Positions 62,279 through 64,000 of a stretch of DNA of 64,000 bases are shown here, piece after piece. Each line of letters begins with the position of its first letter. Position 1 is the stretch's first letter. The notes under the pieces were generated by a model. It was not told where the DNA came from and searched no databases. It saw only the letters and a program-made list of their open reading frames with translations. Origin of the DNA: an uncultured Prevotella sp. (GTDB lineage Bacteria > Bacteroidota > Bacteroidia > Bacteroidales > Bacteroidaceae). Both the position numbers and the translations under genes were made by a program. Where the stretch lies: contig CAJOEC010000002.1 in the NCBI GenBank assembly GCA_905233425.1, forward strand, positions 29,000-92,999. Reading direction: 5' to 3'.

Positions 62279-64000
62279 TTAACGGTAGACGTCTTCCTTT
62301 TTCAACTCCACCACTTTGCCAAAGCGGGCGAGGGCTTTCATGTCGGTGAGTTTCCTGTCGCCGATGACAATCCAGACACGGTGCGGGTTGTCGCCGATGT
62401 GCTGGCGATGGAACTGCACGATGTCCTGTGTGGTGACGGCGGGCAGCTGTCGGGCGATGTCGGCATTGGGGTCGGCGGTGTAGCCCTCCCTCAACTGGTT
62501 GGCCACATATTTTGACATTGTGCGGAAGGTGGGGTAGCTGTTCTGTATGTCGTTGAGCACGCTCTGGCGGGCGGCATCGAGGTTTTCCTCCTTCATGGGC
62601 ATCTGGCGCAGCAGCGAGTCGATGGTGGCGATGGCCTCCAGCGTCTTGTCGGCCTGTGTGCCGGTGGCGGTGACGTATGCCTGTGGCTCTGAGGCATGAA
62701 GGGCGAGACTGGTGGAGTAGCTATGGCCATTAGTGGAATAGGCCAGCGAGCGGAACTCACGGACATTCTGGAAAAGCACCGACGACATGCCGCCACCGAA
62801 GTATTCGTCCCAAAGCTTGAACCGGGCGCGCTGCTCTGCCGTGGGCAGGGGACTGACGGCATCGTAGCTGACGACATAGTTCTGGCGCGACTTGGGCACG
62901 TGGAAGAAATAGACCGTAGGCTCCGTGTACTGCTGGAGGGGACGGAATGTGTCGGCCTGTGGCTTGGTGCACAGGGCGAGGGGCAGCGTTTGTTGCGACT
63001 GAGTCGCAACATACTCGACGGGATGGCGGCCGCAGTAGAACAGCTCGCAGTCGTACTGTTGCAGCTCATGGAAAAGGGCGAGCAGGTCGTCGTTCTTCAG
63101 GGCTTTCACCTCTTTCTTGCTCAGTTGGAGGTAGGAGGACTTCTGACCGTAGAGGATGCGGTGCAGCACGGGTTTCAGCACGTCGTCCTTCATCTTGCCG
63201 AAGCTCTTGCGGTCCACCTTGTCGGCATCCTTGGCGTCTTTGAGGGCATCATTGTCACCCTTTGCGGCACGCAGGAAATGGGCCAGCAGCTGTAGGGCGG
63301 GCTTCAGTTCGCTGTCGGGGCCTGTGAGGTTGATGCTGAAGGCCACGTCGCCGGGAACGATTTCCATTGTGGTGCCGATGCGCTGCCAGGCTCTCTCCAA
63401 CTGCTGCTTGGTCAGCGAGTCGGTGCCGAGCTGCGACAGATAGGGTGCCAGAATGTTCAGCGCGGGCGTGTGCAGGTTACCATCCTTATAGCGGATGGTG
63501 AAGGTGAAAATATCGTTGACGGGATTCTTCTTGTAGTAGAGGGTGGGACTTATAGGTCTTATAGGACTTATGGGTCTTATAGGACTTATAGGACCTATAG
63601 GAAGGACCGTCACGTCGTGGTCGAAGTCTACGGTGCGGACTGCCGTCTGCTCCACCAGCATCTGCTCCAACTGCTTTGCGAAGGCCGATTTCGCATCGGT
63701 GTTCTTCGGACTGATGGGCTTGTAGCCTGGCTGCTTCAGCGTTTCCTTGTTGGGTGTGCCGTATTTCTTCGTCAGCTTGATGTAGTTGGCACCGTAGTAT
63801 TTCTTGGCCGCAGCCACCACGTCGGCCTTCGTCAGTCGGCGGATACCCTCGATCTTGTCGAGCACGTCCTGCCACGTGCGGCCTTTCGAGAAGGCATCCA
63901 CCAGCGTCTGTGCACGGCTGCTGATGGTCTCTATCTCCTGTTCGGCCTCCATCACCATCTCTCGCTTCAGCGCCTCCACCTGCTGGTCGCTGAAGTTGCC
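62279..64000 (-). CDS. M16 (pitrilysin/insulinase) family peptidase, C-terminal ~570 aa (5' end beyond window)
   Basis: The frame stays open to nt 64000, and the track start at 63979 is an internal GTG. Contains the M16 C-terminal-half motif FGGGMSSVLFQNVREFRSLAYS. Confidence 0.8.
   Translation of the reverse strand, partial: GNFSDQQVEALKREMVMEAEQEIETISSRAQTLVDAFSKGRTWQDVLDKIEGIRRLTKADVVAAAKKYYGANYIKLTKKYGTPNKETLKQPGYKPISPKNTDAKSAFAKQLEQMLVEQTAVRTVDFDHDVTVLPIGPISPIRPISPIRPISPTLYYKKNPVNDIFTFTIRYKDGNLHTPALNILAPYLSQLGTDSLTKQQLERAWQRIGTTMEIVPGDVAFSINLTGPDSELKPALQLLAHFLRAAKGDNDALKDAKDADKVDRKSFGKMKDDVLKPVLHRILYGQKSSYLQLSKKEVKALKNDDLLALFHELQQYDCELFYCGRHPVEYVATQSQQTLPLALCTKPQADTFRPLQQYTEPTVYFFHVPKSRQNYVVSYDAVSPLPTAEQRARFKLWDEYFGGGMSSVLFQNVREFRSLAYSTNGHSYSTSLALHASEPQAYVTATGTQADKTLEAIATIDSLLRQMPMKEENLDAARQSVLNDIQNSYPTFRTMSKYVANQLREGYTADPNADIARQLPAVTTQDIVQFHRQHIGDNPHRVWIVIGDRKLTDMKALARFGKVVELKKEDVYR
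63546..63601. repeat. Six YATAAGTCY-family 9-mers (reverse orientation) in frame inside the M16 peptidase gene
   Basis: ggacttata ggtcttata ggacttatg ggtcttata ggacttata ggacctata. On the gene strand it encodes PIGPISPIRPISPIRPISP. Confidence 0.85.

Overview
This 64-kb chromosomal window is from a Bacteroidota genome. It looks Prevotella-like and relatively GC-rich, based on a SusC/SusD pair, a T9SS C-terminal sorting domain, TAnnTTTG -7 promoter boxes and AT-rich leaders without Shine-Dalgarno sequences. All family names come from motif recognition by eye; no database search was possible.

Gene content in order:
1. A beta-glucan/cellodextrin polysaccharide utilisation locus (two GH5, a cytoplasmic GH94 phosphorylase, a divergent GH3, a GPH-family sugar symporter, SusC-like, SusD-like and a surface lipoprotein).
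2. pta-ackA.
3. A Type III-like restriction-modification pair in res-then-mod order.
4. A tightly packed six-gene outer-membrane operon (small beta-barrel, TonB-dependent receptor, small lipoprotein, DUF4876-like protein with a dockerin-type C-terminus, large beta-barrel, FemAB/GNAT-like transferase).
5. kdsB.
6. A TPR sensor kinase fused to a DUF5113-like module, plus a LuxR-type response regulator.
7. A small accessory islet: a decayed antitoxin-PIN fusion, and a two-gene DUF5678-like/retropepsin-like cassette bracketed by a 103-bp direct repeat that duplicates the 5' end of a T9SS cargo gene.
8. A reverse rubrerythrin and a propeller/YYY/AraC regulator lacking kinase and receiver modules.
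9. A housekeeping block (S41 peptidase, tsaC, HAD, smpB, DMP19-like, patatin, pgk, DUF4421-like, DUF1460-like, LptD-like, SNF transporter).
10. A 5'-truncated IS3 transposase fragment, a DUF5107/TPR protein and a partial M16 peptidase.

I recognised no rRNA, tRNA, tmRNA or CRISPR array.

The most unusual signal is not one gene cluster. Several unrelated short-repeat or palindromic DNA families occur both as entire intergenic spacers and as in-frame, stop-free insertions at loop or linker positions of otherwise conserved proteins (GH94, GH3, TonB receptor, dockerin, histidine kinase, DUF5107, M16). The families are a GC-rich hairpin/MITE-like element, an (RGTTGAG)n heptamer, a YATAAGTCY 9-mer and a GARGYCCCA 9-mer. 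This resembles the Rickettsia palindromic-element phenomenon.
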